56,383 nucleotides of DNA from positions 1-56,383 of the forward strand of contig CAZYRI010000003.1 of NCBI GenBank assembly GCA_964649575.1, written 5' to 3'. The notes under the pieces were generated by a model, which saw nothing but the letters and a program-made list of their open reading frames with translations, made no database searches and had not been told where the DNA came from. Origin of the DNA: an uncultured Clostridium sp. Lineage in GTDB: Bacteria; Bacillota_I; Bacilli_A; RF39; UBA660. The position numbers were made by a program, and so were the translations under genes. Shown in pieces: positions 26,222 to 35,653 of the stretch. The stretch's first letter is position 1; each line of letters starts with the position of its first letter.

Positions 26222-27034
26222 ATGGATACAATAATAACAATTGGAAGTTTTTCATTAAAGTGGTATAGTGTTTTAATTACTATAGCTGTGATTATAGCTT
26301 ATTTTATGATCTATAGTGAAAGTAAAAGATTTAATATTAAAAGTGAGTTTATTTTTAATATGATGTTTTGGACATTGATATTTGGTATTCTTGGAGCTAG
26401 ACTTTATTATGTAGTATTTAATTGGTCATATTATAGTGAGAATTTAAGTGAAATATATAAGATATGGAATGGTGGACTTGCTATTCATGGTGGGATTATT
26501 GCTGGTGCTCTTACTATAATTATATATTGTAAAAAGTATAAGGTTAAAGTTGGAAGAATAATGGATTTAATTGTTCCTGCATTACTTTTAGGTCAAGCAC
26601 TTGGTAGATGGGGAAATTTCTTTAATGGTGAAGCTTATGGTACTATTGTTACTAGAGCTACACTTGAAAATATGAAGATAATACCTGAGGTAGTTATTAA
26701 GAATATGTACATAGATGGTTTTTATCATTTACCAATGTTCTATTTTGAATCATTATGGTGTTTTTTAGGATTTATTATTGCATTAATTCTTAGAAGAAGA
26801 AGATATATTAAAAAAGGACAGCTTACTGGTTTTTATTTAATGTGGTATGGAGCTGCTAGGTTTGTTATAGAGATATTTAGAACTGATAGTTTAATGCTTG
26901 GAGATTTAAAAGTTGCTAGGATAGTTAGTGTAATTATGTTTATTATTGGAGTTTTTATACAGCTTATTCAAGGTCGAAAACCTAAGTTAGAGGAATTATA
27001 TAATTCAAAAGAAACAGAAGAAATAAGATTTTAG
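26222..27034 (+). CDS. lgt: prolipoprotein diacylglyceryl transferase
   Basis: WYS, GARLYYV, WNGGLAIHGG, GRWGNFFNGEAYG, RFVIEIFRTD. Confidence 0.95.
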   Translation: MDTIITIGSFSLKWYSVLITIAVIIAYFMIYSESKRFNIKSEFIFNMMFWTLIFGILGARLYYVVFNWSYYSENLSEIYKIWNGGLAIHGGIIAGALTIIIYCKKYKVKVGRIMDLIVPALLLGQALGRWGNFFNGEAYGTIVTRATLENMKIIPEVVIKNMYIDGFYHLPMFYFESLWCFLGFIIALILRRRRYIKKGQLTGFYLMWYGAARFVIEIFRTDSLMLGDLKVARIVSVIMFIIGVFIQLIQGRKPKLEELYNSKETEEIRF

Positions 27035-27042
27035 GAGGTTTT

Positions 27043-27903
27043 ATGTTTGATTTAATAATTGTTGGAGCTGGACCAGCTGGTATGAGTGCTAGTATATATG
27101 CAACTAAAGCTAATTTAAATACATTATTAATTGAAGCTGATAGTCCAGGAGGACTATTAAATAAATTAAATAAAGTTGATAATTATTTAGGATTTAAAAA
27201 TATATCTGGTAGTGAACTTGCTTTTAATATGTATGATCATGTTAGATCTTTAAATGTTCCTTTAAAACATGAAAAGGTACTTAAAATTGAAAATAATAAT
27301 GAAACTAAAAAAGTTATAACTAATAAAGGTGAATATCTTACTAAAAAAGTACTGATTGCAATTGGAAGAAAGCCTAAGAAAGCAGGAATTAAAGGGGAAG
27401 AATTATATAATAAAAAAGGTATAAGTTATTGTGCTATATGTGATAGTCATTTATATAAGGATAAAGATGTAGTTGTTATTGGAAATGATGATTTAGCATT
27501 TAATGAAGCTATTTATCTATCTGATATAGCTACTTCTGTAATATTTATTACAAATAATAGTAAGTTTAGTGATAAAAAAATTAAAATAATAAATTCTAAT
27601 GTTAAAGAGTTTATAGGAGAAGAAGTACTTACTGGTGTAAAATTAGAAAATGATAATGTTATTAAATGTAGTGCTGCCTTTATTTATAATGGATATATAA
27701 CTGAAGTTAATTTTTTAAATGAACTTGGTATTATAAATGATTCTGGTAATATTGATGTTGATAGTAGAATGGAAACTAATGTAAAAGGTATTTATGCTGC
27801 TGGAGATATTATTAAAAAAGAAGTTTATCAAATTAATACTGCTGTAAGTGAAGGATGTATTGCTGCACTTAGTACTAAAATGGATATTATAAATGAAAAA
27901 TAA
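27043..27903 (+). CDS. thioredoxin reductase-like flavoprotein
   Basis: GAGPAG FAD motif, SYCAICD redox motif, GIYAAGD; NADPH-binding motifs are degenerate. Confidence 0.85.
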   Translation: MFDLIIVGAGPAGMSASIYATKANLNTLLIEADSPGGLLNKLNKVDNYLGFKNISGSELAFNMYDHVRSLNVPLKHEKVLKIENNNETKKVITNKGEYLTKKVLIAIGRKPKKAGIKGEELYNKKGISYCAICDSHLYKDKDVVVIGNDDLAFNEAIYLSDIATSVIFITNNSKFSDKKIKIINSNVKEFIGEEVLTGVKLENDNVIKCSAAFIYNGYITEVNFLNELGIINDSGNIDVDSRMETNVKGIYAAGDIIKKEVYQINTAVSEGCIAALSTKMDIINEK

Positions 27904-28267
27904 AGATATTTTGATAATTATATTAATTAATATAATACTTTTAATGTTATTATGTTTTATAACTACAAATAGATATATAACTATATTAATTGAAATAATA
28001 TTATATTTAGTATATTATATATATTTGTTATTTAAGAAAGATTATATTAATTATAAGATAATAATTAGTAATTTAATTATGTGTTTAATAGGTATATTAG
28101 TGATATATATTGTAAATGGTAAAATAGATTTTGTTATTGATGAAGATTTAAGTAATATAGAAAAATCATTTTCTATATATTCTTTCTTTATAATAAATAT
28201 ATTATATTGTTTAATATTTATGGTTACTAATATTATTAAATTACTTATTAAGAAGATTAAGGAATAG
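27893..28267 (+). CDS. hypothetical membrane protein
   Basis: 124 aa, about 4 hydrophobic segments, overlaps the upstream gene in operon fashion. Confidence 0.6.
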   Translation: MKNKDILIIILINIILLMLLCFITTNRYITILIEIILYLVYYIYLLFKKDYINYKIIISNLIMCLIGILVIYIVNGKIDFVIDEDLSNIEKSFSIYSFFIINILYCLIFMVTNIIKLLIKKIKE

Positions 28268-28277
28268 TGGAGGAATT

Positions 28278-28976
28278 ATGCTTGTATATGGAAGGAATGT
28301 ATCAAGGGAAATATTAAATAGTAATACTAAGGTTTATAAAGTATTTTTAGATAATAATTTTCATGATGAAGAATTGATAGAAAAGATTGAAAAAAAAGGT
28401 TTAAAGAAGTTTCATATTGATAAAAATAAGATAGATAAGATGTGTGGTAGTAGTACTAATCAAGGTATTGCATTGGATATTGAAGAATATGGGTATTTGA
28501 ATATTGAAACACTTGAAAATGATGATAAGGCTAGTTTTATTGTTATGTTGGATTCTATTGAAGATCCTCATAATTTTGGGGCTATTATTAGAACTTGTGA
28601 ATGTGCTGGGGTTGATTATATTATTATTCCTAGAAATAGAAGTGTAAGTGTTAATAGTACTGTTTATAAGACTTCTAGTGGTGCTTTAAATAATGTTCGA
28701 ATAATTGAAGTTGTTAATCTAAATAATACCATAAAGAAACTTAAATCACTTGGATATTGGGTTTATGGGAGTGATGCTTTAGGTAAAGATTATAGGTCTA
28801 TTAAGTATGATTCTAAAACTTGTTTAATTATTGGAAGTGAAGGACATGGTCTTAAAAAGATTGTAAGTAATTCTTGTGATGAAATTATTTCTATACCGAT
28901 GAAGGGAAAAGTAAATTCTTTAAATGCTTCTGTTGCTTCTGGTATTCTTATATATGAAATTATGAAATATAAATAG
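28278..28976 (+). CDS. rlmB: 23S rRNA (G2251-2'-O)-methyltransferase, SpoU family
   Basis: LDSIEDPHNFGAIIRT, IGSEGHG, IPMKGKVNSLNASVA. Confidence 0.92.
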   Translation: MLVYGRNVSREILNSNTKVYKVFLDNNFHDEELIEKIEKKGLKKFHIDKNKIDKMCGSSTNQGIALDIEEYGYLNIETLENDDKASFIVMLDSIEDPHNFGAIIRTCECAGVDYIIIPRNRSVSVNSTVYKTSSGALNNVRIIEVVNLNNTIKKLKSLGYWVYGSDALGKDYRSIKYDSKTCLIIGSEGHGLKKIVSNSCDEIISIPMKGKVNSLNASVASGILIYEIMKYK

Positions 28977-28983
28977 GTGAATT

Positions 28984-29595
28984 ATGAATTATGATGATTT
29001 AAATGATAATGAACTTGTTTATCTATGTAGTGAAAATAATGAAAATGCAACTATTGAACTTATTAATAAGTATAAAGGTATGATACTTATAATACTTAAA
29101 GATTTTCTTAAAAAGTATAAAATTGTAGGTATTGAAATATCTGATTTATATCAAGAAGGTTTAATTGGTTTATTAAATGCAATAGAGACTTATGATAAAG
29201 ATAGAGATGTTACTTTTTATACTTATGCTAATGCTTGTATAAAGTCATCTATTATTACTACTATTAGAAGTACTTTTGCTCAAAAAAATAGAATACTTAA
29301 TACTTCATATTCTCTTGATAAAATGTTTGAAGATTCAGAAAATAATTTTTATGAAATATTTAAAGATGAAAGAGAAGAACCTAATAAGAAATTGATTGAT
29401 TATGAAGAAACAGTTGAACTTACTAATAGAATTAAATCTAAATTAAGTGAAAATGAGAAAGTTATTTTTGAACTTAAACTTCAAGGACTTGATAATAAGG
29501 AAATATCTGAACTTATTGATAAAGATAGAAAGTATGTTGAAAATACTATATTTAGAATAGGTAAAAAAGTTAAAGAAATGAAAAAAATGAGGTAA
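28984..29595 (+). CDS. sigH: alternative sigma-70 factor, SigH/ComX-like
   Basis: DLYQEGLIGL..AI..YD, FYTYA..CI, LS..E, C-terminal HTH; directly downstream of rlmB. Confidence 0.75.
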   Translation: MNYDDLNDNELVYLCSENNENATIELINKYKGMILIILKDFLKKYKIVGIEISDLYQEGLIGLLNAIETYDKDRDVTFYTYANACIKSSIITTIRSTFAQKNRILNTSYSLDKMFEDSENNFYEIFKDEREEPNKKLIDYEETVELTNRIKSKLSENEKVIFELKLQGLDNKEISELIDKDRKYVENTIFRIGKKVKEMKKMR

Positions 29596-29600
29596 TATAT

Positions 29601-30155
29601 ATGTTTGATTATTTAAAGGGAATAGTTAGTAAGACTGCTCCTAACTATGTTGTTATTGATTGTAATGGTGTTGGTTATAAAATATATACACCAAATCCAT
29701 ATAAGTTTAAAGAAGGAACTACTTCTATTGCTTATGTTTATAATTATATAAGAGAAGATGAAAGTTCATTATATGGTTTTATAAGTGAGGAAGAAAGAGA
29801 ATTATTTTTAAAACTTATTGGTGTAAAAGGATTAGGTCCTAAAATGGCTCTACCTATACTTGCCACTGGTTCTATTAGTGGTATTGTTGATGCAATAGAT
29901 AGAGAAAATATATTATATTTAAAGAAGTTTCCGAAAATTGGGGATAAAGTTGCTAAACAAATTATACTTGATTTAAAAGGAAAATTATCTAGTATTGAGT
30001 ATACTGAAGAGAGTAATTCTAGTGAAGAACTTATTATGGCTCTTGAAGCTCTTGGGTATAAAAGTGCTGATATTAAGAATGTTGTGGGAAGAATTGATAC
30101 TGAATTAACTGTTGAAAATCAAATTAAAGAGGCTTTAAAATTATTATTAAAATAA
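29601..30155 (+). CDS. ruvA: Holliday junction branch migration protein RuvA
   Basis: NGVGY, IRED..LYGF, VKGLGPKMAL, ALEALGY. Confidence 0.95.
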   Translation: MFDYLKGIVSKTAPNYVVIDCNGVGYKIYTPNPYKFKEGTTSIAYVYNYIREDESSLYGFISEEERELFLKLIGVKGLGPKMALPILATGSISGIVDAIDRENILYLKKFPKIGDKVAKQIILDLKGKLSSIEYTEESNSSEELIMALEALGYKSADIKNVVGRIDTELTVENQIKEALKLLLK

Positions 30156-30166
30156 AGGAGTAAATT

Positions 30167-30742
30167 ATGGTAATTGGAATTGATATGGATGATACAATAT
30201 GTTCAACTAATGAGCTTATTATAGTAGAGGCAGATAAGTATGACAAAGAAGTATTAGGTGGTACTGGTGTAAAGGATGTTAAGGCATATGAGTTTAATGA
30301 TATGCTTGGTTGGCCACCAGAAATGAAAGGACAGTTTTTTAAGGATAGACTTGAATATATTATGTCTAGTGCTGTTATTAAAGAAGGTGCTAAAGAGGTT
30401 ATTAATAAACTTCATGATAATGGATGTAAAATTATAATTATATCTTTTAGAAAAGCTAAATATTTAAAAGATCCTTATATGCTTACTAAAAATTGGTTAG
30501 ATGAAAATGGTGTTAAATATGATAAAATTTATGTTGATACTGGGTCTAAGGTTGATGAATGTATTGAATCTAAAGTAAATTTATTTATTGATGATAAAGA
30601 AAGTCATTGTGAAGAAGTAAGTGAAGCTGGTATTGATGTTATATTATTTACTAATGCTTATAATACTGAAGAAAATAGATTTGTAAGAAAAGATAATTGG
30701 AAAGATATAGAAAAGTATATAGAGGAAAAATATAATGGATGA
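30167..30742 (+). CDS. HAD 5'(3')-deoxyribonucleotidase-like protein
   Basis: [20 protein letters not shown] motifs. Confidence 0.75.
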   Translation: MVIGIDMDDTICSTNELIIVEADKYDKEVLGGTGVKDVKAYEFNDMLGWPPEMKGQFFKDRLEYIMSSAVIKEGAKEVINKLHDNGCKIIIISFRKAKYLKDPYMLTKNWLDENGVKYDKIYVDTGSKVDECIESKVNLFIDDKESHCEEVSEAGIDVILFTNAYNTEENRFVRKDNWKDIEKYIEEKYNG

Positions 30743-31748
30743 GAGAATAGTTACTAATCATGAACTTGAAGCTGATACTTTTGAAAAAACTATTAGACCT
30801 GATTCCTTTGATGAATACATTGGACAAACTGATGTTAAAGAAAATATAAAGGTTTTTGTTAAGGCAGCTAAAATTAGAAATACTAATTTAGATCATGTGC
30901 TTTTATATGGCCCTCCTGGTCTTGGAAAAACTACACTTGCTCATATTATTGCTAATGAACTAGGTAGTAATATTAAGACGGCTAGTGGACCTACTATTGA
31001 AAAAAGTGGTGATCTTGCTGCTATACTATCTACACTTGAGCCAAATGATGTACTTTTTATAGATGAAATACATAGGGTACCAAGATATATTGAAGAAATA
31101 CTTTATAGTGCTATGGAAGATTTTAAACTTGATATTATTATTGGTGGTGAAGGGCAAAGTAGAAGTATTAAAATAGATCTTCCTCCTTTTACATTAGTTG
31201 GTGCTACTACAAGGGCTGGTGATTTATCTAGTCCTTTAAGAGATAGATTTGGGATTATTTCTAAATTAGAATTTTATAGTAGTGAAGAGCTTGCTTTAAT
31301 AGTTAAAAGAACAGCAAGAGTATTAAATGTAGAGATAGATGATGAATCAGCATATGAAATAGCAATTAGAAGTAGAAAAACTCCTAGAATTGCTAATAGA
31401 TTATTAAAAAGAGTTAGTGATTTCGCTCTTGTTGAAAGTGATGGTGAAATAAATATTGATGTAGTTAAAAAATCTTTATCAAGACTTAAAATAAATGATA
31501 ATGGGCTTGATAGTACTGATATTGAATATTTAATGAGTATTATCAATAAATTTAATGGTGGTCCAGTTGGTATTGAATCAATTGCTTCATCTATTGGTGA
31601 AGAAGCTACTACTATTGAAGATGTTATTGAACCATTTTTATTACAAGAAGGATATGTTAAAAGAACAGCAAGAGGTAGAATTATTACTGAGAAAACATAT
31701 AGAGAATTTAAAATAAATAATCAAAGAACACTATTTGATTTTGAATAG
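30735..31748 (+). CDS. ruvB: Holliday junction helicase RuvB
   Basis: [37 protein letters not shown]. Confidence 0.97.
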   Translation: MDERIVTNHELEADTFEKTIRPDSFDEYIGQTDVKENIKVFVKAAKIRNTNLDHVLLYGPPGLGKTTLAHIIANELGSNIKTASGPTIEKSGDLAAILSTLEPNDVLFIDEIHRVPRYIEEILYSAMEDFKLDIIIGGEGQSRSIKIDLPPFTLVGATTRAGDLSSPLRDRFGIISKLEFYSSEELALIVKRTARVLNVEIDDESAYEIAIRSRKTPRIANRLLKRVSDFALVESDGEINIDVVKKSLSRLKINDNGLDSTDIEYLMSIINKFNGGPVGIESIASSIGEEATTIEDVIEPFLLQEGYVKRTARGRIITEKTYREFKINNQRTLFDFE

Positions 31749-31774
31749 TGTTTTTATTTCATTAAAAAAAGGAA

Positions 31775-32635
31775 TTACTTTTTATATAATTCCTTTTTAT
31801 AATTATCAATTACATCATTCATCATTGATATATAATCTTTATTATCATTTTTTTCTTCTTCTGTTATTGTGAACATACTTTTAATAGGTACTTTTACGAT
31901 TGAATTTTCACTTATAAATTTTTCTTGTTTTTCATTTAATACATCATCTTCTAAATAATAAACATATTGTATACTTTTTGTACTAATTAATTTTTTAGCT
32001 TCTGCATATGCTTTATCAATTGTTTTATTATTTTCATCAAGTGAGATTACATTAATATTATATTTTGTTAAGTAATTAAATACATCATTTGTAGTAAGTA
32101 TTGTTTTGTAGTTGCCATTTTTTCCTATGTCATATAGGCTAACATCAAGTTCACTTACCATTTCATTTAAAGTTTTATAATTATTTTCTATTTTTTCTTT
32201 TATATAAACATTATCATTATATTCTATAAGACCTGATTTAATGTTACTGCACAGCATTAAGTAATTTGAAGGATTAAGCCATATGCTTTCATCTTCTAAG
32301 TCTCTACTCATACCTTTTGTGGCATCTACAAGTTGTATATTATCATTTCTATTATATAAATCTTTTGCTAAATAAGCTTCTCCTGAAACACCACTATATA
32401 TAAACATTTCTCCAGCAGAATATTTATCTTTCTTTTTCTCTGTAACTTTATAGTCGTTTTTAGAACCATTTGGGTAAACACTATTTATTTTTGCATAATC
32501 ACTATAGAGTGCTGTTGTGGCATATTCTATTGGATAAGTTGTTACATATATATAACTATCACTAAAGTCATCATTTATGTTACAACCTGTTAAAAATAAA
32601 AAACAAACTAATAAACCACTAAATATTTTTTTCAT
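31775..32635 (-). CDS. lipoprotein with ZnuA/AdcA-like solute-binding fold, lacking His ligands
   Basis: lipobox LTGC; [37 protein letters not shown] match the cluster A-I layout. Confidence 0.7.
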   Translation of the reverse strand: MKKIFSGLLVCFLFLTGCNINDDFSDSYIYVTTYPIEYATTALYSDYAKINSVYPNGSKNDYKVTEKKKDKYSAGEMFIYSGVSGEAYLAKDLYNRNDNIQLVDATKGMSRDLEDESIWLNPSNYLMLCSNIKSGLIEYNDNVYIKEKIENNYKTLNEMVSELDVSLYDIGKNGNYKTILTTNDVFNYLTKYNINVISLDENNKTIDKAYAEAKKLISTKSIQYVYYLEDDVLNEKQEKFISENSIVKVPIKSMFTITEEEKNDNKDYISMMNDVIDNYKKELYKK

Positions 32636-32852
32636 AATTTTCTCCCTTTGTAATTACAGGGTCATATCCAATTTCTCCAAATGGACGACACCTGAGTATT
32701 CTTTTTATTCCTTTTAATATTCCTTTAATTCCATATATATTTATACACTCTTTCATATATTCACTACATGTAGGAGTAAATCTACATGCAGAGTGACAAT
32801 GAAGTGGTGTTATTTGATATATATCAATTAATTTAATTAATATTTTTTTCAT
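32619..32852 (-). CDS. yidD: membrane protein insertion efficiency factor
   Basis: [23 protein letters not shown]. Confidence 0.92.
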   Translation of the reverse strand: MKKILIKLIDIYQITPLHCHSACRFTPTCSEYMKECINIYGIKGILKGIKRILRCRPFGEIGYDPVITKGENYEKNI

Positions 32853-32999
32853 ATATTAATTATATAATAAATTGTTTTAAAAATAAATATAATTCTCATT
32901 AATTATATGCTATACTATACATATAGGATAGATTCTACTATGAATATAGATATTATAAGTATTTTTTGATAGAAGCGGTAAATAGTATGTGGAGGAGTT

Positions 33000-33368
33000 A
33001 TGAAATATTGTAATAATTGTGGTAAGAAATTAGTTGAAAATGCTAATTATTGTGGTGAATGTGGTAATAAAATTGTGGATAATTTGCATATAAACTCTAA
33101 TAATATTTCAAATGTGGAAGATGGTAATTGGAAGTACTATTTATTAGTTAATGGATGTTTAATCTTTTTATCTTTTTTATTACCATCTGGTAATAATTAT
33201 CTGTTTACTGCTGCTTTAATTGTTTTAGTGACTGCTAAAATAAAATATCCCAAGAATAAAATAGTTTCTGTTGTTTTTTGGCTTGAAATATTATGTTCTA
33301 TATTTCTTCTAATTTTATTTATATTTTTACTAGTAACTTGTTTAAATCAATGTAGTAAACTAGATTAG
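33000..33368 (+). CDS. zinc-ribbon membrane protein
   Basis: CNNCG...YCGECG followed by 3 hydrophobic segments; SD GGAGG. Confidence 0.75.
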   Translation: MKYCNNCGKKLVENANYCGECGNKIVDNLHINSNNISNVEDGNWKYYLLVNGCLIFLSFLLPSGNNYLFTAALIVLVTAKIKYPKNKIVSVVFWLEILCSIFLLILFIFLLVTCLNQCSKLD

Positions 33369-33374
33369 GTGAGT

Positions 33375-34226
33375 ATGATGAAGTGTTGCATATATTGTGG
33401 AAAGAAATTAAATGGTGAAAATAAATATTGTGATAATTGTGGTAAGAAATTTAAAAAAGTTCATAAAAAGATAATAATTATTGTTTTAAATATTATAGGT
33501 ATTTTGCTTCTTCTAATTTCAATTTATCTTGTCATTAAATATATAAATTATAAAATTGAACAAAATAATTATTATAAAAATATTAATAATATTGTAAAAA
33601 ATAATTTATATTCTGAGATTGCTAGTGATGATTATAATTTGAATCTTGATTCAACAAAAAATTGCATTAAATGTGTTGCTGATTGTGATGGTTCTTGTTT
33701 TGGTTATAAAAATGATAAAGATTGTACAGTATTTGAATATACAGTTAAAGATAGTGATTTAGAATATAAAGTTTACTTAGTAGAAAAAAACATTGAATCT
33801 GGTAAGAGTTATACATTTTTTAGTAGTCGTGAAAAAACAAATTTTTATAATGATATATTAGCGAGAACTAAAAAAGATTTTAGTGAGTTTGAGATAAAAT
33901 CTAAATTTGATTACTCTATTTTAAGTGTAAATGAAACTATTAATAGTGAGTGTAGTATTAATTTATATACTTCTAAATCATTTAATAATGTTTTTAATGA
34001 AGAATTATATAATAAATTAATTAGTTTTTCAAAAGATAGGATTGGTGAATGTAGTTTTGATATACAATTTGGAGATGATAAAAAGATTGAATTTGGGTAT
34101 CATAATAATAATATAAATATATATAATAGAGTTGATAATCGTTTTATATTTAGTGGAGATACTATTGAAATTAGTAATATTACTTATGAAGAATTTATGA
34201 TGGAAGTAGGTAATAGAGGATGGTAA
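33375..34226 (+). CDS. zinc-ribbon, single-TM protein with Cys-rich external domain
   Basis: CIYCG...YCDNCG, TM, CIKCVADCDGSC...C; start uncertain (33369, 33375 or 33378). Confidence 0.75.
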   Translation: MMKCCIYCGKKLNGENKYCDNCGKKFKKVHKKIIIIVLNIIGILLLLISIYLVIKYINYKIEQNNYYKNINNIVKNNLYSEIASDDYNLNLDSTKNCIKCVADCDGSCFGYKNDKDCTVFEYTVKDSDLEYKVYLVEKNIESGKSYTFFSSREKTNFYNDILARTKKDFSEFEIKSKFDYSILSVNETINSECSINLYTSKSFNNVFNEELYNKLISFSKDRIGECSFDIQFGDDKKIEFGYHNNNINIYNRVDNRFIFSGDTIEISNITYEEFMMEVGNRGW

Positions 34227-34903
34227 ATACTGATATACAGTTATATTCTATATGTATAATTTTATCTTTTGTAGTGAATGCTTTAATTGTATTTTTATCA
34301 AACAATAAAAAAGAAAAATATATTGGTTATATGCTTATATATGAAAATATTGGATTTGTATATGGTGGAAAATTATTTACTTATCTTACTAATTCAGATA
34401 AATATGATAGTTTTGATTTTCTTAATATTGGCTTTTCTTCATTAGGAAGTTTAATCGGAGGTTTATTATTTTTATTGTTATTTTGTGTTCAATTTAAGAA
34501 AGATATTAAAAAGACTATGAAGATGTTTATAATAACGATTCCTCTTATGTATTCAATTGGTAAAATTGGGTGTTTTCTAGTTGGTTGTTGTTATGGTATA
34601 GAATATAACGGTTTTGGAAATATTGTTTATAAGTATGCTAGTGAAAGCATTAATGGAATTCATTTATTCCCTATACAATTAGTTGAAAGTATAGTGTTTT
34701 TATTAATATTTATTTTATCTATTATTAGAAAATATAATACAAATTTTATTATATTGATTTCTTCTTTTTCTAAATTTATGCTTGATTTTTTAAGAAATGG
34801 TCATGAAAGTACCTTTATTAGTGTAAATCAAATTGTATGTATAATATTTATTATAATTAGTATTATTATGATAAGAAAAAATAATAATGTAATTTATGAT
34901 TAA
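34220..34903 (+). CDS. divergent Lgt-family membrane protein
   Basis: GGKL, SIGKIGCFLVGCCYG, FPIQLVES, FMLDFLR, SVNQ. Confidence 0.75.
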   Translation: MVNTDIQLYSICIILSFVVNALIVFLSNNKKEKYIGYMLIYENIGFVYGGKLFTYLTNSDKYDSFDFLNIGFSSLGSLIGGLLFLLLFCVQFKKDIKKTMKMFIITIPLMYSIGKIGCFLVGCCYGIEYNGFGNIVYKYASESINGIHLFPIQLVESIVFLLIFILSIIRKYNTNFIILISSFSKFMLDFLRNGHESTFISVNQIVCIIFIIISIIMIRKNNNVIYD

Positions 34904-34930
34904 TTGTGTTATAATTTTATTGTGATTGTT

Positions 34931-35578
34931 ATGGAAAATATATTTAAAAAATTTAATATTGTAATTAAGAATACTGCTCTTTTAAAAGTTGCTCTTACTC
35001 ATTCTAGTTATTCTAATGAGCATAATACTGAATGTTATGAAAGATTAGAATATTTGGGTGATGCTGTTCTTGAAATTGTATGTAGTGATTATTTATATAA
35101 TAATACTGATTATCCTGAAGGTGAAATGAGTAGACTTAGAAGTCTTTATGTTTGTGAAAATGCTTTATTTGAGTATTCAAAAGAAATTAATTTAAAAGAT
35201 TATATTTTACTTGGTAATGGAATTAATGAAGCAAATAAAACAATAATTGCTGATGTATTTGAGGCTGTTATTGCTGTTATATATTTAGAACAAGGTCTTG
35301 ATACTGTTAAAAAATTATTTAATGAGTTAATTGTTCCATATATTAAACATCATGATGATTTTTTAAAGGATTATAAAAGTTTACTTCAAGAAAGTGTTCA
35401 AACTGTTAAAAAAAGTGTTACATATAGATTAGTAGATGAAAGTGGACCTGCTCATCATAAGGAATTTAAAGTTGAAGTTATTATTGATAATTTAGTTTAT
35501 GGAGTAGGTGTTGGTAATTCTAAAAAGGAAGCTGAACAAAATGCTGCGAAAGAAGCATATCAAAAAAGGGCTAAATAA
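34931..35578 (+). CDS. rnc: ribonuclease III
   Basis: ALTHSSY, ERLEYLGDAVL, ADVFEA, dsRBD DYKSLLQE...SKKEAEQNAA. Confidence 0.96.
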   Translation: MENIFKKFNIVIKNTALLKVALTHSSYSNEHNTECYERLEYLGDAVLEIVCSDYLYNNTDYPEGEMSRLRSLYVCENALFEYSKEINLKDYILLGNGINEANKTIIADVFEAVIAVIYLEQGLDTVKKLFNELIVPYIKHHDDFLKDYKSLLQESVQTVKKSVTYRLVDESGPAHHKEFKVEVIIDNLVYGVGVGNSKKEAEQNAAKEAYQKRAK

Positions 35579-35653
35579 CTGAACAATTTCTTTTTTATTC
35601 AGTTTTTTTATGTTATAATTAATTAGTAATTAAAATAGAAGTGGTGAATAAAT

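Noticed and set aside
32900-32995. Possible structured leader or small ORF (MNIDIISIF) upstream of the zinc-ribbon genes
   Set aside because: The pairing is weak and AT-rich, matches no RNA motif I know, and cannot be distinguished from chance.
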